DNA of 63,378 nt, counting the filler, from Reclinomonas americana ATCC 50394 (Eukaryota), in assembly GCA_048213135.1 (NCBI GenBank). It is 12 parts of 12 records of this genome, joined end to end, with 100 filler letters (N's around TTAATTAATTAA, not from the genome) between each part and the next. Parts side by side here need not be neighbours in the genome. Positions count along the whole stretch, not along the records: positions 22,802 to 24,090 come from AFZH01021520.1; positions 24,191 to 27,741 come from AFZH01021522.1; positions 27,842 to 55,832 come from AFZH01021523.1; 9 more parts are not named here. The stretch is one strand, 5' to 3'. A model generated the notes under the pieces. That model did not search any database and was not told where the DNA came from. It saw nothing but the letters and a program-made list of their open reading frames with translations. Numbering within the stretch: position 1 is the first letter of the stretch; each line of letters starts with the position of its first letter. Position numbers and translations under genes: made by a program. Shown here in pieces: positions 23,217-33,081 of the stretch.

Positions 23217-23660
23217 ATGGGTCTTCGGCAGAACCCTGGGGCTGAGCCCCCCGCCGCGCAGAAGGAACTCGGCTGGACCGGGAACCTGCTGTTCATCGTC
23301 TGCGGCGCGATTTCGATGGCGGCGGGCCTCTGGATCGCCAGGGCGGCGACCGACTTCCTCTTCCCGGAACCGTGGCTGAAGCCCGGCGCCCCCTATCATC
23401 CCTCCGTCGCGTGGCTCGTGCGGGATTTCCCGGAGCCGCGGCCGCCGCAGAACCACTGGGACATCGTGCAGGATGTCGGCTTCGCCGCGTCCTGGCTCGC
23501 TCATGAGCTCGCAGCGACCGTCGCGGGCGTGGTGACGGCATGGCCGGTCATCGTCTTCGTATTGATCCTGCTCTTCAGCTTCTTTCTGTTCTTCTTCGTG
23601 ATGTGGAGGTTCTTTGTGGAGCGGATCTACGATGGGCGGTGGCCTACCGGCAGAGCATAG
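23217..23660 (+). CDS. Hypothetical bacterial membrane protein (147 aa)
   Basis: AAGGAG RBS before ATG 23217; two to three hydrophobic segments. Confidence 0.6.
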   Translation: MGLRQNPGAEPPAAQKELGWTGNLLFIVCGAISMAAGLWIARAATDFLFPEPWLKPGAPYHPSVAWLVRDFPEPRPPQNHWDIVQDVGFAASWLAHELAATVAGVVTAWPVIVFVLILLFSFFLFFFVMWRFFVERIYDGRWPTGRA

Positions 23661-23682
23661 TGACCGGCACGGATCAGTCGAT

Positions 23683-24090
23683 CTATGGCGTTTGGCCGCC
23701 CGGTCCGGCGCGTCTCGCCGGCGGCAGCTGGGCGAGGATCAGCCAGCGCAGCTCGTCTGCGGAAAGCGCGTCTGCCGCCTCGCGCTTCTCGCCGCCGATG
23801 AAGAGAATGGGTTGAGCCTTCAGCCCCGTCGCCAGCATGATGTCATCGTGCTGACGATGCAGGGTCGCCCGAGCCGTACCGTTTCGGAGGCATGCGTCGA
23901 TGTCGACGGATGGGGTGTCCCCCTCCCTGAGGACTTCAGCGAAAGCTCGTCTTCGCTCCGCTTCTTCGGGGACGCTCCCCCACCGGACGGCGGCAGCCAC
24001 GAGCTTGCGAAACTGAGCGAAACGCATCTCGGGGGCGGCGCAGACAGCGAGCAGCGAGGCCTCGACGCTCGCGTCGCCGGGACGGCCCGT
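23683..24090 (-). CDS. 3' part of a hypothetical protein, possibly the C-terminus of the relaxase from the next contig
   Basis: Frame is open from the contig end to the stop at 23683, on the same strand as the relaxase that runs off the adjacent contig. Confidence 0.3.
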   Translation of the reverse strand, partial: TGRPGDASVEASLLAVCAAPEMRFAQFRKLVAAAVRWGSVPEEAERRRAFAEVLREGDTPSVDIDACLRNGTARATLHRQHDDIMLATGLKAQPILFIGGEKREAADALSADELRWLILAQLPPARRAGPGGQTP

Positions 24091-24190
24091 NNNNNNNNNN
24101 NNNNNNNNNNNNNNNNNNNNNNNNNNNNNNNNNNTTAATTAATTAANNNNNNNNNNNNNNNNNNNNNNNNNNNNNNNNNNNNNNNNNNNN

Positions 24191-25542
24191 CGCGATCCAT
24201 CTCGGCGCGGTCGAGGGCCGCGGCCTGATCGGAAGCGGCACGCAGGCGCTTGGCAGAGGTGAAGCTCGGGATCGCGGCAACGGCCACGCCAGCTGCGGCG
24301 AGCGCGGCGATGAGCCCCGCACCGGTGGCCAGAACGCCTACCGCAACGATGTAGAAGGCGGCCTTCCGGATATCGCGCCCTGCGAACAGCTTCGCGGTCA
24401 CGAAGGCGCGATTGACGCGCGCCCGGCGAATCCGATCTCGCTCACGGTAGCGGGCGCGCACGAGCTTCTGCCGCTCGCGCAGGTCCTTCTGCTCCTCTCC
24501 GGTGAGGCGCGCGGCGAGGCGATCACGTCCTTGCCGGGCCTTGGCGGCCTCCTCCCGCTCGCCGATCGAGGTCCGTCTCGGCAGCGAGGCGGTCGAACTC
24601 GCCGAGCAGGTCGGAGGCACTGCGCTGCGGCGCGTCCTTCCTGAGCTCAGCTTTGACGATGGCTTCAGAGGGCAGGGCGCCGATGATGGCTGCAACCTGC
24701 GGCTCCTGGAGCGGCCCCCTGTCGCCCGCCCCCTTCCGAACGCGATTGAGATTCCGGGTGAGGCTGTCGGCGAACAGCGTCTCGCTGTCGAGAAGCCGAA
24801 CGATGGGCGCGCCCGCGATGCGTTTGTCGCCGCCCGCGAGCCGGAACCCAAGCTTCTCAAGTTCGACCGGCAGCTTACGGATGTCTTCGCCGGATCGACG
24901 CCAGGCTTCCAGAAGCCTAGCGTCGACCAGATCGAGATCGGTCTCGAGCCGATTGGCCTGCTGACGCTCGGCCTTGGAACGGCCAGCCCTCTTCTCTGCG
25001 ACAGGCCCGGTTGCGGCGATCTCCGCGAGCTCCGGCAGACCGCGTTCGCGCAGCAGCTGGGCGACCCGGTCGACCCGCAGGCTCGGCGTCAGACCTTCGC
25101 CCAGTTCGATCTCGAGGCGGCGGGCGATCATCTCGTCGCGCTCTGTGGAGCGAACGAAGCGCAGAGCCTTCCCCGACCCCGGCGCAACCATCGCATAGTT
25201 GACGTGGAAGTGCGGCGCACGGTCGCCCTTTCGATGCTCCACGACGTGCCGAGGGCAGTCGAAAGGGATCCCGTACTCTTCTTCGTAGACCGCCAGAACA
25301 CGCTCCAGGCCCTCCGGGCCCAGCGGGACCTTCGGCGAGATCTTGAGGTGGGCGATGTCGCGCGTCACGCGGCGGTTCTGGCGCGCGATCGCGGCCATGA
25401 TCCGCAGCGCGAGCGCCGTATCGGCGGGAACGTCGCGGATCATGTCGGCGCGGACGAGGACTTCCTTGTTCGACCCGCGCCCAGTCTTCCCGAGATGCCG
25501 GCTGAGCTCGCCGATCCGACGGGGCGTAGTGATGATGATCAT
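24191..25542 (-). CDS. Relaxase/mobilization nuclease (MOBP/VirD2-like) with an apparent frameshift near 24565; 3'-truncated
   Basis: IAHLKISP (motif II) and VVEHRKGDRAPHFHV (HUH motif III). ATG overlaps the stop of the upstream RHH gene. Coding continues as GEREEAAKARQGRDRL in another frame. Confidence 0.85.
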
Positions 25543-25910
25543 CAGGCATCCTCCTCGATCTTGAGCAGGTCGAGCACCCGGGCCATCAGCGCCTCGGTTG
25601 CCGACCGCATCTTCTCGATGTCTGCAACGACCGAGACGAGCGAGCCGGAACCGTTCGCCAGTCTGGCCAACTGGTTCAGGTTCCGGCCGTGCGCCCGAAG
25701 CTCGCTCAGCACCTCGCCCAGGAGCTCGGCGTTCGCGACGGAGCGCCGGACCGTCGGCGCTCTCATCTTCGAACCGAGCAGCTTCATCAGCTGCGCCCGG
25801 GCCCAGGCATTGCTCTTGAGGCCAGCGGCCTCCGAGACGACTGCCAGCTGCTTGGCAGTGGCTTCGTCGATCCGGAACGAGACGAAGTTCGCAACATGTT
25901 CGCCCGCCAT
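25542..25910 (-). CDS. Relaxosome accessory ribbon-helix-helix protein (Pfam MobC-like)
   Basis: N-terminal VSFRIDE beta strand and the signature LRAHGRNLNQLARLAN; translationally coupled to the relaxase. Confidence 0.85.
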   Translation of the reverse strand: MAGEHVANFVSFRIDEATAKQLAVVSEAAGLKSNAWARAQLMKLLGSKMRAPTVRRSVANAELLGEVLSELRAHGRNLNQLARLANGSGSLVSVVADIEKMRSATEALMARVLDLLKIEEDA

Positions 25911-25949
25911 CAGGGCTTCTCCTTCTGTTTGCGGCGGAGCCGGCGCCGT

Positions 25950-26180
25950 CAGGCGCACCGGCTTGCCGGTTGGGGTGCAGGGACCTCCCTGCCGAGCCTC
26001 GATGTGCGCAATCGAAGATCTGTGCACATTGAATCCACTCGCCCTTTCAGGAAAACAGAAGTTGAGATCAGTTCAATACTTATTATCGCATCCGTAATCT
26101 ATGCGTAAATCGCAGTATGCATTCATATATAGGCGTAAATGCAAAATATAATTTCAATCAATACTTCACATCGACCCGCA
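25950..26180. promoter_or_regulatory. Putative oriT and divergent promoter region
   Basis: Lies between divergent mob operons. Adjacent inverted repeats ACCGGC-tt-GCCGGT (25957-25970) and GCAGGGA-cc-TCCCTGC (25977-25992). AT-rich tract with TCAATACTT x2 and GCGTAAAT x2. Confidence 0.6.
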
Positions 26181-26211
26181 ATCCCGACATGGTCATGACA
26201 GGAGACAACAG

Positions 26212-26733
26212 ATGACCGACGACGATCTCTCAAAGCGTAGGCGCAAGGCCGACGAAGACCTGAAGGTCATTCTCGCCGGGCGTCCGACCACGATCGGTAG
26301 CCGTGCGGACGTGGTGCGGATCTTTCACAGCCACATCGTAGCGATGCGTCAGGTCAAAACCTCCTGGGAAGCGATCGCCGTGAAGCTCGAGGACTGGAGC
26401 GGCCTTGGCGTCGCCCCCACCACGGTCAAGCAGTACATGACCGACATCAGCCAGGGCCGGATGACGATCGAACCTCGGTCGACGGTCCACCCGCAGGCCG
26501 AGACGTCCTCCGCGCCGCCTGCCAAGACCTCCCATTCGATTCAGGATTCTCGCAAGGAGCGCAGCGGAGACTCCAGCTCGTTGACTGACGAGGCGGGTTT
26601 CAGGCTCTCCGAGACGAATTCCCAGATCAGCGCCGGCGCCCACGCGCCGGGCCACCGGAATGCCGACGGCTCTTCGTCGGCATCGAGCACCGCTACCCGC
26701 GGTCGCTACACCCTCAAGTCACAGCCAGAATGA
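26212..26733 (+). CDS. Mobilization protein, TraK/StbA/pTF-FC2 MobC-like DNA-binding protein
   Basis: GGAG RBS; HTH-like segment SWEAIAVKL..GLGVAPTTVKQYM; low-complexity C-terminus; first gene divergent from oriT. Confidence 0.55.
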   Translation: MTDDDLSKRRRKADEDLKVILAGRPTTIGSRADVVRIFHSHIVAMRQVKTSWEAIAVKLEDWSGLGVAPTTVKQYMTDISQGRMTIEPRSTVHPQAETSSAPPAKTSHSIQDSRKERSGDSSSLTDEAGFRLSETNSQISAGAHAPGHRNADGSSSASSTATRGRYTLKSQPE

Positions 26734-26743
26734 GGCAAAGCCC

Positions 26744-27499
26744 ATGTCCGATACTTCCCGCACGACCACGACCAGGAGTGCTGCCCTCGGCAGCACGGCG
26801 ATGAGCCGAACGCCCCAGGAAGCCCAGCCCGTCTTCCTGTTCTATAGCGGGAAGGGCGGCGTCGCGAAGAGCACCGAGGCGCTCAAGTTCAACTATCACT
26901 GCATCAAGGCCGGCAAGGTGCCGACCCTGGCCGATGCCGACTTCATCGTTCAGGATTTGATCCTGGCTCATCACCAGGAGCAGGACTGCCACCCGATCAA
27001 GCTTTCGGAAGAGGACGGGTTCACCGCCCTTGCGGACGTGATCGCGAGTACGCAGGCCGGTTCGCCGATCATCGTGTCCTGCCCGGGCGGTCAGGCCGAG
27101 ATCTTCAACGACAACGCGCCGGTCATCCTGATCGCGGCGCGCAACGCTGGCCGCAGGGTGATCGTGATGTCGCCCATGGACCTGCATGTGAACTCCTACA
27201 GCCATGTTCCCGAGGTCGAGCAGGCGATGCCCGAGGCCGAGATCTATCTCGTGCGTCCGCGCTGGTTCGGGCGTCCCGAACAGTTCGTCGCGTTCAACGC
27301 TTCCCAGCTGGGGAAGCGCTATCTCGCGGCGGAACGGGTCATCGACGTCCCCCTCATGCCGGCCGCCCTTGCGCGGGCTTTCAAGGATGGCGAGCACTCG
27401 CTGCACTGGATCGAGCTCAACGGTTCGGGCGGCGAGAAGGCCTCGCTCGAGGCCTGGCGCGAGAAGTCGCGGCGCGCCTATGCGCGGTTCCTGGGCTGA
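26744..27499 (+). CDS. ParA/MinD-like P-loop ATPase, TraL/StbB/MobD-like
   Basis: Deviant Walker A SGKGGVAKST; LVRPRWFG..QF..FNAS and C-terminal SLEAWR resemble MobD-type proteins. Confidence 0.7.
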   Translation: MSDTSRTTTTRSAALGSTAMSRTPQEAQPVFLFYSGKGGVAKSTEALKFNYHCIKAGKVPTLADADFIVQDLILAHHQEQDCHPIKLSEEDGFTALADVIASTQAGSPIIVSCPGGQAEIFNDNAPVILIAARNAGRRVIVMSPMDLHVNSYSHVPEVEQAMPEAEIYLVRPRWFGRPEQFVAFNASQLGKRYLAAERVIDVPLMPAALARAFKDGEHSLHWIELNGSGGEKASLEAWREKSRRAYARFLG

Positions 27500-27503
27500 T
27501 CTC

Positions 27504-27741
27504 ATGGACCGGCAGGCGCTCGATATGGTCGCGCGGGAGATTCTCGGGCGGCCTCTGACGGATGACGAAGCGGCCTTTGTCGCGAATGCGTGCGTGGCGA
27601 TGGGGCTGGGCGAGGGCGACATCCTCGTGCGCCTGCTGATCATATACGCCTCTCTCATGACCTTCCTTGGCCGCACGCTGGCGGCTGTGGAAGCGTCGCG
27701 CTCGCCTTCCGCCCTGCTGCGCCGTCATCCCGGCATGTCGA
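27504..27741 (+). CDS. MobE/TraM-like protein, 3'-truncated
   Basis: ILGRPLTDDE..AMGLGEGDILVRLLIIY pattern and position after the MobD-like gene. Confidence 0.5.
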
Positions 27742-27841
27742 NNNNNNNNNNNNNNNNNNNNNNNNNNNNNNNNNNNNNNNNNNNNTTAATTAATTAANNN
27801 NNNNNNNNNNNNNNNNNNNNNNNNNNNNNNNNNNNNNNNNN

Positions 27842-28131
27842 CCTACATGTTCGAAGACCTGTATCCGGCAACCGCGCGGGCCGCCAAGGACTACATGGCT
27901 GAGCACGGGGGCCGCGAGGCGATCCCGCCGGTGGCTGCGGTGGACGGCTGTCAGCTCTCCGCCAGCACCGCTGCGGTGGACGGTATGCCGCTGCGCCTGA
28001 CGATCGATCTCCCACCGGAGTGCGCCTCCGAGGTCGTGATCCGCCTCGGGCGGTCCGGCAACCCGCTGACCGTCACGCTCAATCCCAATGGCGGCGCGGC
28101 GCGTCCCTCCAGGCTGGAGGGTGCGCGGTGA
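27842..28131 (+). CDS. Hypothetical protein, 5'-truncated
   Basis: Open frame whose stop overlaps the GTG start of the downstream ATPase. Confidence 0.5.
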
Positions 28132-29558
28132 GCAAGGAAGAGGACGATAAGCCGAAGCCGACCGACACCGATCTGCTCGTCGCGATCGGCGAGAAGGAGG
28201 CCGTGCTGTCCCAGCACCGGTCCAAGGCCTACGCCACGGTCACCACCCGAAGGGGCCGGCGCACGTTCCAGGTGCTTGGGCCGGGGTGCTCGACTTGGCT
28301 GCGCCTACGCTTTCGCGATCAGTATCGTCGGACCCCGTCCGCGGGTGCAGTCAAGGCTGCGATCACGGCGCTCGCCGACCTCGCCAGCCTTGCCGACGAG
28401 ACGCCGGTCTGGTTGCGTTCGGCCTGGCACGAAGGCAGGGTCTATATCGATCTCGGCGACGAGAGTGGGTGCGCCATCGAGATCAGCGCGGATGGCTGGC
28501 GCCTTACGCCGTTTCCGCCCGTTCTGTTCGTGCGCAGCAATCTCGGCCTGCCCTTGCCGAGGCCGGGCCGAGATGACGATCTCGATCGGCTGCGGGGCCT
28601 TCTGAATATCCCCGATGACGCCACATTCCAGCTGATCGTCACCTGGTGTGTCGCCGCGCTGATGCCGCACGGTCCCTATCCGCTGATCACGATCGGCGGC
28701 GAACAGGGCGCGGGGAAGACGCTGCTCGCCGGTGTCCTCCACGCGCTCGTCGATCCCAGCAGGCTTCCGCTCCGGGCCCTGCCGCGGTCGGAGCGCGATC
28801 TCTACATCGCGTGTTCGAATACGCATGTCCTCGCATACGACAACATCTCGAAAATGCCTGATTGGCTCAGCGATGCCTTCTGCAAGGTCGCCACCGGCGG
28901 CGGAATGGCGCTGCGCCAGGTCTTCAGCGATGACGCGGAGGTCTACTTCTCCGCCACCAAGCCGATCATCCTGAATGCGATCGAGGATGTGGTGACGCGG
29001 CCTGACCTCGCCGATCGCGCCATCATCCTGAATCTCCCGGCGATCGCGGAGGAGAAGCGCATCGATCCGGCGGAGTTCGCCGCCCGCTTCGAAGAATGCC
29101 GGCCCGAGGTATTCAAGACGCTGCTCGACCTCATGTCGTTCGCGATGGCCGTGATGCCGACGCTGCAGGTCGAGCGTCTCCCGCGCATGGCGGGATTTGC
29201 CCGCATCGGCATCGCGATCGAGGGATGCTTTGGAGCCCCAGGCTGCTTCATGGCCGCCTACGATTCCAACCGCGCCATGGCCTCGTCCATCGTCGCCGAG
29301 AGCGATCCCATTGTTGCTCCGATCAGGGTGCTCGCCGCGACGCGGCCGGTTTGGCGGGGTACCGCGACCGAACTCGCCAGCCTGCTCGAAACCCGCCTCG
29401 TTCCTCCCAGGCGCCTCGACCCCGCTGCTCTCGGCGGCCATCTGCGCCGCATCGCGCCCATCCTGCGCGCCGACGGCATCGAGATTTCGTTTTCGCGGGA
29501 CGGCAAGGGGCGCGATCGCCTCATCACCGTGGCGCGAATTTCATCCTCGAAGCCGTGA
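28128..29558 (+). CDS. P-loop ATPase, SF3-helicase-like replication protein of a mobile element
   Basis: GGAGG RBS plus GTG; Walker A GEQGAGKT, Walker B LAYDN, motif C IILN, DLADR arginine finger; C-terminal wHTH-like WRGTATEL. Confidence 0.75.
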   Translation: MSKEEDDKPKPTDTDLLVAIGEKEAVLSQHRSKAYATVTTRRGRRTFQVLGPGCSTWLRLRFRDQYRRTPSAGAVKAAITALADLASLADETPVWLRSAWHEGRVYIDLGDESGCAIEISADGWRLTPFPPVLFVRSNLGLPLPRPGRDDDLDRLRGLLNIPDDATFQLIVTWCVAALMPHGPYPLITIGGEQGAGKTLLAGVLHALVDPSRLPLRALPRSERDLYIACSNTHVLAYDNISKMPDWLSDAFCKVATGGGMALRQVFSDDAEVYFSATKPIILNAIEDVVTRPDLADRAIILNLPAIAEEKRIDPAEFAARFEECRPEVFKTLLDLMSFAMAVMPTLQVERLPRMAGFARIGIAIEGCFGAPGCFMAAYDSNRAMASSIVAESDPIVAPIRVLAATRPVWRGTATELASLLETRLVPPRRLDPAALGGHLRRIAPILRADGIEISFSRDGKGRDRLITVARISSSKP

Positions 29559-29571
29559 TCGCGCGAGCGCC

Positions 29572-29626
29572 GTCCGCACTGTCCGCTCCGTCCGCCAAAA
29601 ATCCGGACGGCGGACAGCGCGGACAG
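29572..29626. repeat. Iteron-like direct and inverted GTCCGC repeats (putative replication origin)
   Basis: GTCCGC at 29572, 29581, 29590; inverted (G/C)CGGAC at 29603, 29610, 29619; an A-rich spacer lies between the two sets. Confidence 0.6.
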
Positions 29627-29877
29627 CGATATCAGGATTTCTGGCGGCGATGTCGATCTGCTCTCGCATGCCACGCGGGGGACGAGGGGAAGCGACATTT
29701 CTCTTTTGTGAGAGTGCTGACCACGGGCGCTCTGTCTGCAGTTCGAGTCATCGCGACCTCAGTGACCTACGAGCCATATTCCGGAATACGACGACCCCTG
29801 ATCCATCTATGGGGTATCCAAGGGGATTTTCGTTTGAACGGTGTGAAGTGTCATCGAAGGCGAAGTGGGGTGTCTTC

Positions 29878-29995
29878 GGCGAGAAGCGCGTCTTCCTCCG
29901 GACCGGCCGGCACTAGGACAGCTATCAGCCCGTCAAGATCGATCCGACCGGCTGGAGCATCGTCGGCGAACCGTCGGCTTCGCTTCATGCGCGGG
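29878..29995 (+). pseudogene. Degenerate fragment of a second helicase-like gene
   Basis: VFLRTGRH*DSYQPVKIDPTGWSIVGEP..RFMR aligns with VWLRSAWH...DESGCAIEISADGWRLTPFPPVLFVR of 28128-29558. Confidence 0.55.
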
Positions 29996-30017
29996 GCGCC
30001 TGAAGCGAAGCTGTAAC

Positions 30018-30115
30018 TGGTTCGAGGCCCAGCACGATCTCGATCCCCAGCACCTCGTCTTCGTCGACGAGATCGGTCTGTCGATCAGGATGAGCACCTG
30101 TGCGGCCGAGCGCGG
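30018..30115 (+). mobile_element. IS630-family transposase remnant
   Basis: WFEAQHDLDPQHLVFVDEIG matches the first catalytic-Asp region of alphaproteobacterial IS630 transposases. Confidence 0.7.
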
Positions 30116-30247
30116 AACGCTGTCGGAGCGCTCGTTCGGCTCTTCTCTCCGGCAGAATGCGAAAACTGCTTCGAGGCAGCAGAAGATGAACGGGATCAAA
30201 CGAAAAATCTCTAATTCATCGCGGCGGATGATTTATCGTGCCTATGA

Positions 30248-31153
30248 TTATGGTTCCTGCGCGCCGCATGTATTCAGATATATCGCGTACAGCGAAGTCG
30301 ATGCGCAGATGAAAAGCCGGTTCTTTTTGCGGCCTCCGAAAGCGATGTTGGCGACGGTCTCCGGAATGCGGATGCGGCCGAGCAACGTTCCATCGGGCAG
30401 GTAGCAGTTGACGCCGGCGCCTGCGCTTGTCCACACGTTCCCCACCTCGTCGCAGCGCAGGCCGTCGGCATAGCCGCCATTGATATCGGCAAAGATGCGA
30501 GCCCGAGAAAGCGTGCATCCGTCCTCGGATACGTCGATCGCAAAAATCCGCCCCTGTGGTTCAGGGTTGCCCGGAACACCTGTATCGGCGAGGTAGAGGG
30601 TCCGTTCGTCGGGCGAGAAGGCGAGGCCGTTCGGGTGAACGGCTTCGTCGCAAATGACTGTCAGCTCGTGCGTTCTCGGGTCATATCGATAGACGACATA
30701 TCGACAGGTCTCGCTCTCCGCGCGGTCTCCTTCGTAGTCGCTTTGTATGCCGTAAGGCGGGTCCGAGAACCAGATCGTCCCGCCGGACTTCACAACGACG
30801 TCGTTGGGAGAATTGAGTTTCTTGCCGCCGAACCTGTCGACAACGGTGACGACACGGCCGTCCAGTTCCGTGCGGCTGATCCGGCGGCCGCCATGTTCGC
30901 AACTGATCAGCCGCCCCTCGCGGTCACGGGTATGACCGTTTGCATATCCTGCGGGCTGACGAAAAACGGACACTCCATCCTCGGTCCAACGCAAAATGCG
31001 GTCGTTCGGAATGTCGCTGAACAAGAGGTGGCCGGCATCACCGAACCAGACTGGACCCTCTACCCACCGGAACCCTGTGGCCAGCCGTTCAACGGGGGCA
31101 TTTCCCATGACATAGCGTCGGAACCGGGGATCCAAAATCTCGACGTCCACCAT
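30248..31153 (-). CDS. SMP-30/gluconolactonase/LRE family lactonase
   Basis: EGPVW, SPNDVVV..WFSDP, PNGLAFSPDE, ADGLRCD; AGGAG RBS before ATG 31153. Confidence 0.92.
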   Translation of the reverse strand: MVDVEILDPRFRRYVMGNAPVERLATGFRWVEGPVWFGDAGHLLFSDIPNDRILRWTEDGVSVFRQPAGYANGHTRDREGRLISCEHGGRRISRTELDGRVVTVVDRFGGKKLNSPNDVVVKSGGTIWFSDPPYGIQSDYEGDRAESETCRYVVYRYDPRTHELTVICDEAVHPNGLAFSPDERTLYLADTGVPGNPEPQGRIFAIDVSEDGCTLSRARIFADINGGYADGLRCDEVGNVWTSAGAGVNCYLPDGTLLGRIRIPETVANIAFGGRKKNRLFICASTSLYAIYLNTCGAQEP

Positions 31154-31522
31154 GATGGGGCTCCTGCTATGCTGTCTGCGCGTGCGCATGAAAACAGCGG
31201 AAGGCTGCTTTCCATTCTGATCGGGAGCCTCGCCGGCGAATGCGGGTTCGCCTCCAGGCTCGATCTCCTTGTTTCGCTGCCATTCCGGACGGAGAATCGT
31301 TGCGCAGTTCCGCTGGAATTGCTCCAAACCCGTTATCCCGAAAGCAGGCAGGGGAAAGCGCCGGAAAGTGCCTATCTGCGGCCGACCCATGGTCGATCTT
31401 GCCGGCGCAGGGCATCGGAGCAGTCAGCAATCTCGTCGGGCAGGCTGGATCTGGGATAGCCCGGGACTCAATCAGCCGAGTTCGTTTGCAGCCGGTTTCT
31501 GCGGATAAAGCCGCTTGGCGGT

Positions 31523-32185
31523 TCATTGCCCGGCATTGCGATCAACCGCGACGGTGAAGGGGGCCTGCGTCCTGGCCCTGACCTCGTCGAGGCTGACGCC
31601 CGGTGCGAGTTCGATCAGGGTCAGCCCGCCGCCATTGGCCTTGTCGCAGGTCATCACGCAGAGATCGGTGATGATCATGTCGACGACGCCGGCGCCGGTC
31701 AGCGGCAGCGAGCAGCGCTCCAGCACCTTGGATTCGCCCGCCTTGTTGGCGTGGTCCATCACGACGATGACCTTCTTGACGCCGGCTACGAGGTCCATTG
31801 CGCCGCCCATGCCCTTCACCATCTTGCCGGGAATCGTCCAGTTGGCGATGTCGCCATTGGCCGCCACTTCCATGGCGCCGAGGATGGTCAGGTCGATATG
31901 GCCGCCGCGGATCATCGCGAACGAATCGGCCGAGGAGAAGAAGCTCGAGCTCGGCAGCACCGTGATCGTCTGCTTGCCTGCATTGACAAGGTCGGGATCC
32001 TCTTCCCCCTCATAGGGGAAGGGACCCATGCCGAGCATGCCGTTCTCGGACTGGAGCGTCACGTCGACGCCGTCGGGAATGTAGTTCGCCACCAGCGTCG
32101 GAATGCCGATGCCGAGATTGACGTAGAAGCCGTCCTTGAGCTCCTTGGCCGCGCGGGCGGCGACTTGTTCGCGGGTCCAAGGCAT
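31523..32185 (-). CDS. scoB: 3-oxoacid CoA-transferase subunit B
   Basis: [14 protein letters not shown] (catalytic Glu), [10 protein letters not shown]. Confidence 0.93.
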   Translation of the reverse strand: MPWTREQVAARAAKELKDGFYVNLGIGIPTLVANYIPDGVDVTLQSENGMLGMGPFPYEGEEDPDLVNAGKQTITVLPSSSFFSSADSFAMIRGGHIDLTILGAMEVAANGDIANWTIPGKMVKGMGGAMDLVAGVKKVIVVMDHANKAGESKVLERCSLPLTGAGVVDMIITDLCVMTCDKANGGGLTLIELAPGVSLDEVRARTQAPFTVAVDRNAGQ

Positions 32186-32895
32186 TATGCCGACTCCCTT
32201 TTGCGTACCGTCCGCTTCTCGATGCGCTTCTCGTTGATCGTGCTCTTGACGATGCGGTCGACATAGATGCCGGGCGTGTGGATCGCCTCCGGATCGAGCG
32301 ATCCGACCGGCACGATTTCCTCGACCTCGGCCACGGTCACCTTGCCGGCGGTCGCCATGTTCGGGTTGAAGTTGCGCGCGGTACGCCGGTAGACGAGGTT
32401 GCCGGCGGTGTCGGCCTTCCAGGCCTTGACGATGGCGAGATCGGCCCGCAGCCAGGTCTCGCGAACGTAGAGCTGCCCCTCGAACTCCTCGACCGGCTTG
32501 CCCTCGGCGACGACCGTGCCGACGCCGGTCTTGGTGTAGAAGGCCGGGATGCCGGCGCCGCCGGCGCGGATGCGCTCGGCCATTGTACCTTGAGGGTTGA
32601 ACTCCAACCCCAGCTCGCCGGCGAGGTATTGCTGCTCGAACAGCTTGTTCTCGCCGACATAGGACGCGATCATCTTCCGGATCTGGCGGGTCTGCAGCAG
32701 CATCCACAGGCCGAAGCCGTCGGCGCCGGCATTGTTTGAGATCACCGTCAGGTTCTTCACGCCGGAATCGCGAATCTCAGGGATCAGGCTTTCGGGATTG
32801 CCCGACAGGCCGAAGCCGCCCGACATGATCGTCATCCCGTCGAAAAGCAGCCCAGCCAGCGCAGCCTCAGGGTTCTCATAGACTTTCTGCGTCAT
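32185..32895 (-). CDS. scoA: 3-oxoacid CoA-transferase subunit A
   Basis: [38 protein letters not shown]; stop overlaps the scoB start. Confidence 0.93.
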   Translation of the reverse strand: MTQKVYENPEAALAGLLFDGMTIMSGGFGLSGNPESLIPEIRDSGVKNLTVISNNAGADGFGLWMLLQTRQIRKMIASYVGENKLFEQQYLAGELGLEFNPQGTMAERIRAGGAGIPAFYTKTGVGTVVAEGKPVEEFEGQLYVRETWLRADLAIVKAWKADTAGNLVYRRTARNFNPNMATAGKVTVAEVEEIVPVGSLDPEAIHTPGIYVDRIVKSTINEKRIEKRTVRKRESA

Positions 32896-33081
32896 AACTC
32901 CCGCCCTTGATTCCGGAATTCATCGGTCGACCGCTTTCCTGTCGGGCCCAGAACATTTCCAGCAAAGCTGCGCCGCTGTTTTGCGTGTGGAGTTGCGTCG
33001 AAACAAAGCGACAAGGCTTTGGAAATGAACCCGTATTCACCGGAAACCCTCCAGGCGGCGGCTGCTTCCGTGCGCGGATCA

